A stretch of DNA of 44,378 bases from a virus. The position numbers and the translations under genes are program-made. The stretch covers positions 1 to 44,378 of the IMG/VR virus record IMGVR_UViG_3300045988_039715. The stretch is one strand, 5' to 3'. Positions 1-7,108 of the stretch are shown one piece after another (within the stretch, counting starts at the first letter, position 1; each line of letters starts with the position of its first letter). The notes beneath the pieces are model-generated. The model was not told the DNA's origin and did no database searches. It saw nothing but the letters and a program-made list of their open reading frames with translations.

Positions 1-55
1 CACAGGAAGATTTCAGTGAGCCTCGGCCACCGGACAGGTCGTAGTGTGTATGTCC
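1..55. repeat. terminal overlap identical to 44324..44378 (circular assembly junction)
   Basis: Exact 55-nt identity between the two window ends, read directly. The terL reading frame continues across the join. Confidence 0.95.
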
Positions 56-127
56 GTGCTGAAATACATCACGGGCCAGCAAATGAAATGCGGGGCCAAG
101 TACAGTAGATAAGCGCACCTCAGACAT
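1..127 (-). CDS. terL: terminase large subunit, N-terminal segment (continues into 43212..44378 across the circular junction)
   Basis: The ATG at 125..127 overlaps the terS stop. Translation MSEVRLSTVLGPAFHLLARDVFQHGHTHYDLSGGRGSLKSSCV runs in frame into VSLLVPLLLINN... at 44324. GGRGSLKS resembles the PBSX-type terminase Walker A (GGRGSGKS). Confidence 0.85.
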   Translation of the reverse strand, partial: MSEVRLSTVLGPAFHLLARDVFQHGHTHYDLSGGRGSLKSSC

Positions 128-587
128 CTATGACCACCTTGACTTCCATATCCTCACTTGTTTTTTCGATGGGCTTGTCCCTCCACTTGTCAGGTCTGCG
201 GTTTTTGAGCCAGAAGATCTGAGCGGTGGTATCAGCTGGGATGTGGCGGATTGTCTGGATGATCTTCGTACCATCTTTGTCAGATTTTTCGATTCTTTGT
301 TCCTGATAGTCATACCCAAGCGCACGCTTCAATAGAGCATTTTCTACTTGTATGTCCACAACTTCCTTACCCTTTTTTAAGGCCTCGGAAATCTTAGGGT
401 ATTTGTTCTTCCAGTCGTACAAAGTTGCTGGGTTTATCCCCATCTTCCCGGCTAATTGCTCGTCAGTCAGCCCATCCCGTGCCCATCCTTCAAGTAGCAA
501 GAGCCCATCCGGCTCCAGCCACCGTTGATATTTGCCTTTCGCCACAATGGGCTCACCACCTTCCGGTCCCGCCCCCGTCTCCCGCAA
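120..587 (-). CDS. terS: terminase small subunit (HTH-containing)
   Basis: Lies immediately upstream of and overlapping terL. Has an HTH-like segment LTDEQLAGKMGINPATLYDWKNKYP. The track start at 587 is TTG; a GTG at 545 with a GGTGGTGAG RBS is an alternative start. Confidence 0.7.
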   Translation of the reverse strand: MRETGAGPEGGEPIVAKGKYQRWLEPDGLLLLEGWARDGLTDEQLAGKMGINPATLYDWKNKYPKISEALKKGKEVVDIQVENALLKRALGYDYQEQRIEKSDKDGTKIIQTIRHIPADTTAQIFWLKNRRPDKWRDKPIEKTSEDMEVKVVIDV

Positions 588-1282
588 CGAGGCACGGCAT
601 ATATACCCCTTCCGGGGTATGCTCCGGGTTTGGTCAGGCTTTCCGGGGGCCTGTATGTAATCCGCTGTGCGGTATCACATCAAAAGTCCATTTTCCTCTC
701 GTCTGCGCTTGACGATACAAACGGCATTTTGGCTTTAATGGTAAGTTCCTGTCTGGTGCCACCGCCCGCCTCATGCGGCGAGGAGCGGCGTATGTGCGCT
801 TCCCGCTTAGATTGTCACACCACAACATGCAGTTTTCAGCGAGCATTGTCATTCTCTCTGAGGTGTTGCGCTACGCTCAGATCATCCGGGAGCGACCCGG
901 CCTCTGGTGAAACCTGCAAGATTCGAACTTGCGACCTCTACCCCTTTCGGTTAAGTGACGGATTCCGCCCCGTCCCAGATTCCGCATGCCCCCGTCTTTC
1001 CGGGGTGTCAGCTCCTTGGCCTTTGGAGCACATTGTCTAATGCCCGTAAAGGGCGATGTTGCCGCAGGGAGGGCGCGACCCTCCGGCCCGGATGTGTGGG
1101 CTGATGCGCTCGTGCGGCGTATGTACCCCGGCAAGCGCCGGGGTTGAGGAGGAAATAGAAGAAGCGAATGGGAGCGCAGGGGCATACGCTCCCACACTCC
1201 CATTGTCGCATACATATTTCTGCTCACTCATAAAACTTTATGAATTTGCAATATTTTCTATGAGATTATGAAAGTTTAGGGC
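588..1282 (-). ncRNA. large ORF-free, GC-rich, hairpin-dense region; candidate large structured ncRNA
   Basis: Only overlapping ORFs of implausible composition on both strands. Many GC hairpins with GNRA-like loops on the minus strand, internal direct repeats and an embedded tRNA-like element. Confidence 0.5.
905..983 (-). tRNA. tRNA-like element with degenerate anticodon arm (pseudo-tRNA or tRNA-like structure), encoded CCA
   Basis: On the minus strand: acceptor GGAAUCU/AGGUUUC (7 bp, 2 G-U), D arm GACGG-GGCGGAAU-CCGUC, variable loop AGGUC, T arm GCAAG-UUCGAAU-CUUGC, then discriminator A and CCA. The anticodon stem has a mismatch and its loop CGAAAGG lacks U33. Confidence 0.45.
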
Positions 1283-1495
1283 TTACTCTTCCTCCATTTT
1301 GCAGAGTTCATCGAGGCTAATGTGATAATATGCCGCAATCAGCTTTAGGGCTGTCATTTTTGGCTCCACTTCCCCTCTCTCATATTTTCGTAATGCATCA
1401 GGGCTTAACCCCATTAGCTGTGATGTAACCGTCATGCTCCTGACCGGCCTCATAGACTCCCTTAACCTTCTTAGCCGCTCTGGAAACTCGTCCAT
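1283..1495 (-). CDS. XRE-family HTH protein
   Basis: HTH pattern MTVTSQLMGLSPDALRKYERGEVEP...LIAAYYHISLDEL. ATG at 1495 with an upstream AAGGA/GGTGA RBS; the longer track start is TTG. Confidence 0.7.
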   Translation of the reverse strand: MDEFPERLRRLRESMRPVRSMTVTSQLMGLSPDALRKYERGEVEPKMTALKLIAAYYHISLDELCKMEEE

Positions 1496-1508
1496 CCTAT
1501 CACCATCC

Positions 1509-1709
1509 TTATAATCCCTGCTGTTCCAGAGGGCAGTCAAAGGATACTCTTTTTCTCCGCTTTCCTATTTCCTTGGATTCACAGTGGTCCACGTCTCCCA
1601 CTCTACGGCATCCGGTATCTAATAGATGGTTGCAAAAGGGCGCATCCTTGGAATTATTGATACCTCGCCAGTAGACGCAAGTTTTCTCCTTGTTACAGAT
1701 TTCGACCAT
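1509..1709 (-). CDS. small Cys-rich hypothetical protein
   Basis: ATG at 1709 preceded by GGAGGAGAG. Multiple Cys/His residues (CNKEKTC...CNH...C...HC). Confidence 0.55.
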   Translation of the reverse strand: MVEICNKEKTCVYWRGINNSKDAPFCNHLLDTGCRRVGDVDHCESKEIGKRRKRVSFDCPLEQQGL

Positions 1710-2031
1710 ATCTCTCCTCCCAGGGTTTAAACAGGTCATCTCCAACAATGGCCCTGATCTGCTCGTCAATCTTTGCTTTGGCATAGACGAACTCGCTATC
1801 GTCCTGCTGATCCTCACAGACCATCCGTGCCATACCGTTCATAGCCTCTATGTATGCGGTGCGGAAAGCCTCAGACCTGCCGGGGCCAAGCTGGAGGACT
1901 TCGTGAGCGGCGATCATAGCAGCATCCTGCCCCATCTGCATCAGCATGTCCATTTTCAAATGGAAAAGGGCGTTGTACTTGGTCTCCGCTTCTGCCTTGA
2001 TACGGGCGAGTGTTGCGCTTGGTTTAGGCAT
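1693..2031 (-). CDS. hypothetical protein
   Basis: 112-aa ORF in operon register with protein-like helical composition. Confidence 0.65.
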   Translation of the reverse strand: MPKPSATLARIKAEAETKYNALFHLKMDMLMQMGQDAAMIAAHEVLQLGPGRSEAFRTAYIEAMNGMARMVCEDQQDDSEFVYAKAKIDEQIRAIVGDDLFKPWEERYGRNL

Positions 2032-2389
2032 TGCTATCCCTCCTCACCCTCGGCGTGTAAATCCGGTTCTCAGTGCTCTTCTCAGTTTTCCGCACATCAC
2101 CCAGGAGTCGTTCAAGGTTTTTGATTGTTGTGCGGTTTTGGTCTATCCAATCAAGCACCGGGGCCGCCTCACTCATAGTGTCCTTTGCGGCCCGTCGTTT
2201 CTGGCGTACTCCTCTCAGCTCCTTTGATAGACGAGCAAAATCGTGATAGTCATGATCCTGAAGCTCCAAGCTATGTAGGATATCCTGAGTCTCATTATTT
2301 GCTTCCTGCTCGTCCGCTTCAGCCATATGGTATCTTTGCTCGGTCTCTCGTAGATAGGAGAGGAAGGTTTCTATTCCTTGGCTGGTCAA
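2024..2389 (-). CDS. hypothetical protein (coiled-coil, acidic)
   Basis: 121-aa ORF. TTG start coupled to an AAGGAGGGA RBS formed by the upstream gene's C-terminal codons. Confidence 0.6.
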   Translation of the reverse strand: MTSQGIETFLSYLRETEQRYHMAEADEQEANNETQDILHSLELQDHDYHDFARLSKELRGVRQKRRAAKDTMSEAAPVLDWIDQNRTTIKNLERLLGDVRKTEKSTENRIYTPRVRRDSNA

Positions 2390-2392
2390 AGG

Positions 2393-2641
2393 CTATCCCT
2401 CCTTCGGCGGGTCTGGGAGGGGCATCCAGTGGGTGACTCTTTGTGCTCCAATCCTGCTCCACTCCCATCCAACAAAAGAACCGTCATAATATGGAATCCA
2501 CTGTCTCTGCCTTTTCTGAATCGTAGCCTTTCCTTTGGGATAACAGGACTTTAATGCTACTAAACAAGAGATTGTCTTTCTTCCTTTATTTTCGGGAAGT
2601 TCCTCCGGCAGCCTCTCCTTGACGCTAATCCATTCTATCAT
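2393..2641 (-). CDS. DUF551-like protein
   Basis: WISVKERLPEE ... VTHWMPLPDPPKEG pattern typical of DUF551. ATG at 2641 with a GGGGAGGG RBS. Confidence 0.65.
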   Translation of the reverse strand: MIEWISVKERLPEELPENKGRKTISCLVALKSCYPKGKATIQKRQRQWIPYYDGSFVGWEWSRIGAQRVTHWMPLPDPPKEG

Positions 2642-3062
2642 GCTGTCCGCCCTCCCCGTCGTGGACGTTGCCGATGATCTCAATTCCGCCAGTTGAAAGA
2701 TGCTTATTTACGCCCATACTTTCAGCGCCATTCAGCCAAACGCAAAATCTATTCCACTCTGGGTCATAGCATACAGGGGCTTCTTTTTGTTCGCCCCTCC
2801 AGTTCGTCCAGCGGATGATGTCTCCCTCAAAAATTTTCTTCCCGTTCTTGTCGGTCAGACCCGCGTACTGACAAACCGTGAAGGGGTCAACCTCAATTGG
2901 AACAATATCATCTCCCATTTTAATTTCGCCAGTTCTTGCGTTCCTGCGCCTGTAAGCCTTGTTTTGAAGGATAAATGCTCCGCTGTATTCTCCCCAGTAC
3001 GGGAATCCCTCCACCCATGCTCCATCACTCAGCCGCTTGGCTTTGAAAAGGATTTCTCTCAT
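2625..3062 (-). CDS. YopX family protein
   Basis: MREILFKAKR..., QYAGLTDKNGKKIFEGDII and IIGNVHD motifs. Confidence 0.75.
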   Translation of the reverse strand: MREILFKAKRLSDGAWVEGFPYWGEYSGAFILQNKAYRRRNARTGEIKMGDDIVPIEVDPFTVCQYAGLTDKNGKKIFEGDIIRWTNWRGEQKEAPVCYDPEWNRFCVWLNGAESMGVNKHLSTGGIEIIGNVHDGEGGQHDRMD

Positions 3063-3700
3063 TGGGCACCTCCGATAATCTCGTCAAGGGTAACGTGAAC
3101 ACCCGGCTTTATTCCAAGCGCTTTTTCAATGGGTAAACCATCTGCAAGTCGCCTGTAAACCGTTGCACGACTAACTCCATAAATCCCCGCCGCTTGTGTC
3201 AAAGTCATTTTTACCCCTGCAATTTCTAAAATCCGATTATTTCTTCGGTTGTTGTTTTGTTCCTCCCATGATGCCCAGCAACAATTTTCCGGGCAATAAT
3301 CGCCATTTCCATTTTTCCTTTCAATGGTTAGATAATCTTCATATCCGTTTTCAAGGGCCCACATTTGAAACTTACTAAAGTCGTGCCATTCTGGGCAAAC
3401 TTTGATTCCTCGTCCCCCATAATATTTATAGCTTTCTCTGTTCGGTTTTTCGCATCGCCTAATCATTCCTTCCCAGATGTGATATAGTCTTGATTCAGAC
3501 ATATTTTCAAATTTTTTTGTCCCAGCAGAAAAGCAGCCACAGCTTTTTGTTTTTCCACTTGTGAGGTTATACCCCTCTACAGTACATGTATTCCCACAAT
3601 CGCACATGCAACTCCAATATGTATGTTTGTTTTTTGATGGCGCTCTGGATACAACCGTTAACCTTCCAAATTTTTCTCCAGTTAAGTCAATGAGTTTCAT
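3059..3700 (-). CDS. DNA-binding protein (N-terminal Cys cluster, AP2-like core, C-terminal HTH)
   Basis: GRLTVV..YWSCMCDCGN..SCGC; RLYHIWEGMIRRC..YKYYGGRGIKVCPEW; C-terminal LTQAAGIYGVSRATVYRRL. Confidence 0.6.
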   Translation of the reverse strand: MKLIDLTGEKFGRLTVVSRAPSKNKHTYWSCMCDCGNTCTVEGYNLTSGKTKSCGCFSAGTKKFENMSESRLYHIWEGMIRRCEKPNRESYKYYGGRGIKVCPEWHDFSKFQMWALENGYEDYLTIERKNGNGDYCPENCCWASWEEQNNNRRNNRILEIAGVKMTLTQAAGIYGVSRATVYRRLADGLPIEKALGIKPGVHVTLDEIIGGAQ

Positions 3701-4358
3701 TTATAACCTCCGTTAAGGTCACGCTTTCTCCGGGGTGGAGGGAGGGGAAATGGTCTGCACTTAACTCCATCGGTGCACTAACAACAGAGATGGCTCCAGA
3801 TTCTGCCTTCACGACCGCCTTTGCACACGGCCACAGCACCTTAATAGCCTTCGCCCTCTCCACCTCCTGCTGGGTGAAGCGGGGCTTGCGGATGATGCGG
3901 TCGGGGTGGTTGATGGCTTCGTAAATTGCATCATCACTCGTTTGGCCGCCCCATTTTAGGACACCGCAATAATTGATGTGATATTCGCCTTTGTATCCTT
4001 CGATCTTGAAGTGCTCTCCCACCTCAACCCCCAGCACCTCGCAAATTCTCGGCTTGTCCACTTTCTTTTTCGCCTCCCACGCTTTTAATCGTTCACATTC
4101 GTCTCTACAAGACATGCTCCCGGCGGATGATATGCTTCCCCATCCTACATCACACCCAATGCATGGATTGTCCATGTTGGCCTCCTTCATCATTTTCGTG
4201 ACCTCACGAAATTGTTCATCCTCCACCACCTCATAGCCCATCAGTCGGGCGGCTTCGTGGGGATGATCGACAGCCCATTCACTGCAAAAATCGTTAGGGC
4301 ATCTGTTGTACATGGGGAAGGAAAGCCCAAGCCTCCTAATGACTGTCCAATCAACCAT
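3687..4358 (-). CDS. hypothetical protein
   Basis: Long ORF. ATG at 4358 overlaps the upstream stop (ATGGTTGA) behind a GGAGGGAG RBS. Confidence 0.65.
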   Translation of the reverse strand: MVDWTVIRRLGLSFPMYNRCPNDFCSEWAVDHPHEAARLMGYEVVEDEQFREVTKMMKEANMDNPCIGCDVGWGSISSAGSMSCRDECERLKAWEAKKKVDKPRICEVLGVEVGEHFKIEGYKGEYHINYCGVLKWGGQTSDDAIYEAINHPDRIIRKPRFTQQEVERAKAIKVLWPCAKAVVKAESGAISVVSAPMELSADHFPSLHPGESVTLTEVINETH

Positions 4359-4833
4359 CCCGCTCCCTCCGTAGTGCGGCCTCAGCAGCTTCACGGGTCA
4401 AAAAGACAGATTTTCCGATACAATCCGCATGAATTAGCCCGAACTTTTGGCTTACAATACGCATCTCAGTATGGAAACTCATTCTATAGTCATCGTCAGG
4501 AACTCGTTCATGCCGAATACTGTAAACTGTGTCCCCAATCTTACACGGCAGCACCACGCACCGCCCCTCCCTGTCCGCCTGGGCCAACTCGTGGAGGCGG
4601 TCATAATCAACCTTCCCTTCATCGTAGATATCATCTACTGCATCCTCGATTGTGTTCCTTTTACCTACGAAATTCAAATAATAGCTCCATTCTTTGTATA
4701 TTTCTTCGATTATTTCTGGCTCCAACCCCGTGTCCTCGTAGGCTGCAAGGCGGTCAATGGCTTTTCCGCTGTATTCGGTGTCGCCAATTTTGAGCCGCCA
4801 TTTCCCGCCGTCAAAGTATGTCAGCCGTTCCAT
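4351..4833 (-). CDS. hypothetical phage protein
   Basis: ATG at 4833 behind an AAGGAGGA RBS. N-terminus MERLTYFDGGKWRLKIGD...AIDRLAAYEDTGLEPEEI is a recurrent phage pattern. Confidence 0.7.
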   Translation of the reverse strand: MERLTYFDGGKWRLKIGDTEYSGKAIDRLAAYEDTGLEPEIIEEIYKEWSYYLNFVGKRNTIEDAVDDIYDEGKVDYDRLHELAQADREGRCVVLPCKIGDTVYSIRHERVPDDDYRMSFHTEMRIVSQKFGLIHADCIGKSVFLTREAAEAALRRERDG

Positions 4834-4834
4834 G

Positions 4835-5194
4835 TCAGTCCTCCTTATGGCCGCGCCATTTTTCAATCATAGGCCGTAAGTGAAAATATTGTCCGGTATA
4901 AACCGCCCCTTCAAGTTCTCCTAAAAACCTCTCTAACTTTTCCATCTCCCGCTTCACCTGCTCCAGTTCGGCCCGCAGCTTCTCGTTTTCGGCCTCTAAG
5001 CGGTCCGCCCGCTGGTTCTCCTTGCTCCATAGGTCTTGCCCGCTTTCACCCAGCAGAGATTTCAGTCTCTTGTTTTCGGCCCAGAGCGTGGAGAGGGCGG
5101 TGGCAGCGTCCATCAACATATTTTGAGCAAAACTATTTGGTTCAAAAGTTCCAGCTTCAATTTTCAACCGCTCAATCAGCTTCTCAATGTCCAT
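4835..5194 (-). CDS. coiled-coil hypothetical protein
   Basis: ATG at 5194 behind an AAGGAGG RBS. Heptad-rich sequence (LEAENEKLRAELEQVKREMEKLE). Confidence 0.7.
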   Translation of the reverse strand: MDIEKLIERLKIEAGTFEPNSFAQNMLMDAATALSTLWAENKRLKSLLGESGQDLWSKENQRADRLEAENEKLRAELEQVKREMEKLERFLGELEGAVYTGQYFHLRPMIEKWRGHKED

Positions 5195-5207
5195 CTTGTC
5201 CTCCTTA

Positions 5208-5216
5208 TGGTATAAT
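5208..5216 (+). promoter_or_regulatory. extended -10 promoter (TGgTATAAT) for the plus-strand gene 5235..5594
   Basis: TG at 5208-5209 and TATAAT at 5211-5216, 19 nt upstream of the ATG with its GTGAGGTGA RBS. Confidence 0.55.
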
Positions 5217-5234
5217 CGGCGTGAGGTGATAACC

Positions 5235-5594
5235 ATGCTGTCAGAAAAGAATTATTACGCTTTGCTGGAATATCGCAGAGAAAAATACACCGGGCCAAAA
5301 ATAACCGAACAAATCAGGTATTTCAAAGAGTGCGGCTACATTCGCCCTGTAAGCCACGAACTCAAAGAAACAGCCGGCGAATTTTGCATGAACCCAACAG
5401 TGTGGATCATCACCCCACGCGGTGAAGATTCTTTAGCAGAGTTTGAATATCGCGCCGAACAAGATACCAAGAGCAACGCCGAAAAGAAACAGGAGCGTAT
5501 ATTTCAAGTGCTTTTGGTTTTTCTTGGTGCGATTATCGGTCTTCTTATTGAACACTTCGCCGGAATTGCCGATTGGATTAGTTCTTTCTTTTGA
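5235..5594 (+). CDS. opposite-strand moron: small protein with C-terminal transmembrane helix
   Basis: 119 aa of protein-like composition with a C-terminal FQVLLVFLGAIIGLLIEHFAGI helix. Has its own promoter and RBS. Confidence 0.6.
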   Translation: MLSEKNYYALLEYRREKYTGPKITEQIRYFKECGYIRPVSHELKETAGEFCMNPTVWIITPRGEDSLAEFEYRAEQDTKSNAEKKQERIFQVLLVFLGAIIGLLIEHFAGIADWISSFF

Positions 5595-5596
5595 AG

Positions 5597-5806
5597 TCAT
5601 GTGCCCTCCTCTCCCTCCGGCGGGCAACTCCTCAAGATAATCTTTTCTTGGATGTTTTCGATCTTACAAATCAGTCTGCACAATAGTCTAATGCGCCTGT
5701 CGCATTTCTCGCAGCAACTATGTAAATCGCAAAATGCTTTTTTATAGCCGTATACTCGGCATCCCCTCCGTCGGCTATCCTCCAGTTGTCTTCTCGTAAT
5801 TTTCAT
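5597..5806 (-). CDS. small Cys-rich hypothetical protein
   Basis: ATG at 5806 behind a GGAGGGAGA RBS, with an ATGA start/stop overlap to the upstream ORF. Cys cluster CDLHSCCEKCDRR. Confidence 0.55.
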   Translation of the reverse strand: MKITRRQLEDSRRRGCRVYGYKKAFCDLHSCCEKCDRRIRLLCRLICKIENIQEKIILRSCPPEGEEGT

Positions 5807-5955
5807 GCTTCTCCCTCCGGCGGGCGGCGGTATAGGTTGAACTCCAATCTCTTGCACACAGCCCGCTCACAGTCGGACAATAGTAACCTCTCGAATAGCC
5901 ACCACGGCGTAATGGTCAGAAGAATAATCCACGCTATGTCACTCAGTAATCTCAT
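5803..5955 (-). CDS. 50-aa membrane peptide (not in the ORF track)
   Basis: Translated by hand: MRLLSDIAWIILLTITPWWLFERLLLSDCERAVCKRLEFNLYRRPPEGEA. Fills the gap between neighbouring genes and is stop/start coupled. Confidence 0.4.
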   Translation of the reverse strand: MRLLSDIAWIILLTITPWWLFERLLLSDCERAVCKRLEFNLYRRPPEGEA

Positions 5956-5972
5956 GCAGCGCCTCCATCCTC

Positions 5973-6164
5973 TCACAAATATCCATTATTTTTCCGCTTT
6001 GCTGCAATGTTTGCTATTACATCCCGCAAAACAAACGCATCTATATGGCATTTCCAATGATCCGCTCCATGCATCCGAAAAATACAGTTCTGGCAGGATG
6101 TTTGTCCTTTGCAGTAGTCAACAATGGTCTGCGCGGCATCAAGCGCTTTTTTGTTATTTATCAT
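5973..6164 (-). CDS. small hypothetical protein
   Basis: 63-aa ORF in operon register. Confidence 0.5.
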   Translation of the reverse strand: MINNKKALDAAQTIVDYCKGQTSCQNCIFRMHGADHWKCHIDAFVLRDVIANIAAKRKNNGYL

Positions 6165-6183
6165 TCCCCTCCAGCATCTCCAT

Positions 6184-7086
6184 TTACCCTATTTTCGGGT
6201 TGTATTTATAAAAATCAGGCTCCGACCTAAATATCAGCCTATTGTTACACCATCTTTGGAGCATGCGGACAGCCTTTGGTGCATTTGGCTTGTCGTAGAT
6301 CATCACATACGGGTCATATCCCATATCCCGCAACGTATAGATGCGATACAGGTTTTCCTCCATGGTTGTGTCATAGTTTGTCAAGCAGTAAACTGTGGCA
6401 TACTGCCCATGCGGCTTTCGTCCAGCAAGCCCAGCGTATAGTTCCAGCCCACGCAGTACAGCCTTGCTTTCTTTCATGTAGTCCCATGCAAAGTGAATTT
6501 CCCGCAGCTTGACCCGGTTGATCGTCTCAATGTTTTGCTTCGTCAGCAGGCGGCAATCCAGCCCCTGGTTGATGTCCACCCACGCTTTGCTGTCTGCCAA
6601 TTGTCCCAACAGTTCCATATGCTGCGGGCAGGCCAGGATATTGGGGTCCATCAGCACGATGTTTTTCTGTCCGTTCCACCACTCTGACAGGTCGGCCACT
6701 TTGACGGACTTCCGGCCCTCTTTGGCAGCCACGATACAGAAATGACATCCGCGTGGGCATCCCCGCGTGAGAAATCCATAGGCTGTATCTTTGGTCAGAC
6801 TTGGGTACAGGGAATAGTCCGGGTAGATATGCTCTATCTCGTCAGGGAGTTTGCTGTCCAGTCCGTACCCCGTCCCTCCCTTAATGATCTCTGCTGCGTT
6901 GACCGGCTCCGGGATGTCCGGGCTGTATGTCTCGTCGAAAACCTTGCTCATGTAAACCCGGTCATATTGACCCCAGCCCCACCACCACTCCACTTCATCA
7001 CCTTGCGCCTTGTGCCAAGCTGACAGTTTCATCAGGGCCAGGTTGGGGTAATGGTGGCCGTCTACGTCAATCAGGCCGATTTTCAT
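6184..7086 (-). CDS. radical SAM protein
   Basis: CxxxCxxC motif in GFLTRGCPRGCHFC. ATG at 7086 (MKIGLIDVDGHHYPNLALMKLSAWHK); the longer track ORF overlaps the clamp-like gene. Confidence 0.75.
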   Translation of the reverse strand: MKIGLIDVDGHHYPNLALMKLSAWHKAQGDEVEWWWGWGQYDRVYMSKVFDETYSPDIPEPVNAAEIIKGGTGYGLDSKLPDEIEHIYPDYSLYPSLTKDTAYGFLTRGCPRGCHFCIVAAKEGRKSVKVADLSEWWNGQKNIVLMDPNILACPQHMELLGQLADSKAWVDINQGLDCRLLTKQNIETINRVKLREIHFAWDYMKESKAVLRGLELYAGLAGRKPHGQYATVYCLTNYDTTMEENLYRIYTLRDMGYDPYVMIYDKPNAPKAVRMLQRWCNNRLIFRSEPDFYKYNPKIG

Positions 7087-7108
7087 CCAGCATCTCCATC
7101 TCCGCCGC

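Noticed and set aside
1-55. The 55-bp end repeat as a biological direct terminal repeat or cos site.
   Set aside because: Its length equals a common assembler k-mer and it lies inside the terL coding sequence. It is more likely a circularisation artefact.
905-983. Suppressor tRNA and stop-codon recoding.
   Set aside because: No CUA, UCA or UUA anticodon can be placed in a 7-nt loop. All phage genes read through cleanly in the standard code.
425-1271. Seven overlapping ORFs (up to 171 aa) on both strands of the pre-terminase region.
   Set aside because: They are mutually exclusive, R/S/P/C-rich, lack RBSs and have no recognisable motifs. The region is better explained as structured non-coding RNA.
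905-1282. tmRNA hypothesis for the T-arm/ACCA element plus upstream sequence.
   Set aside because: No upstream 5' strand can pair with AGGUUUC while giving the G3-U70 alanine identity pair. No tag-like reading frame ending in a hydrophobic ...AA stop was found. The best partner, 79 nt away, gives a tRNA-sized element instead.
5433-5627. Minus-strand 55-64 aa ORF antisense to the plus-strand moron.
   Set aside because: It is not listed as a feature because it lies wholly inside the longer, more protein-like plus-strand ORF. Its strong RBS and conserved junction motif keep it as an open alternative (see findings).
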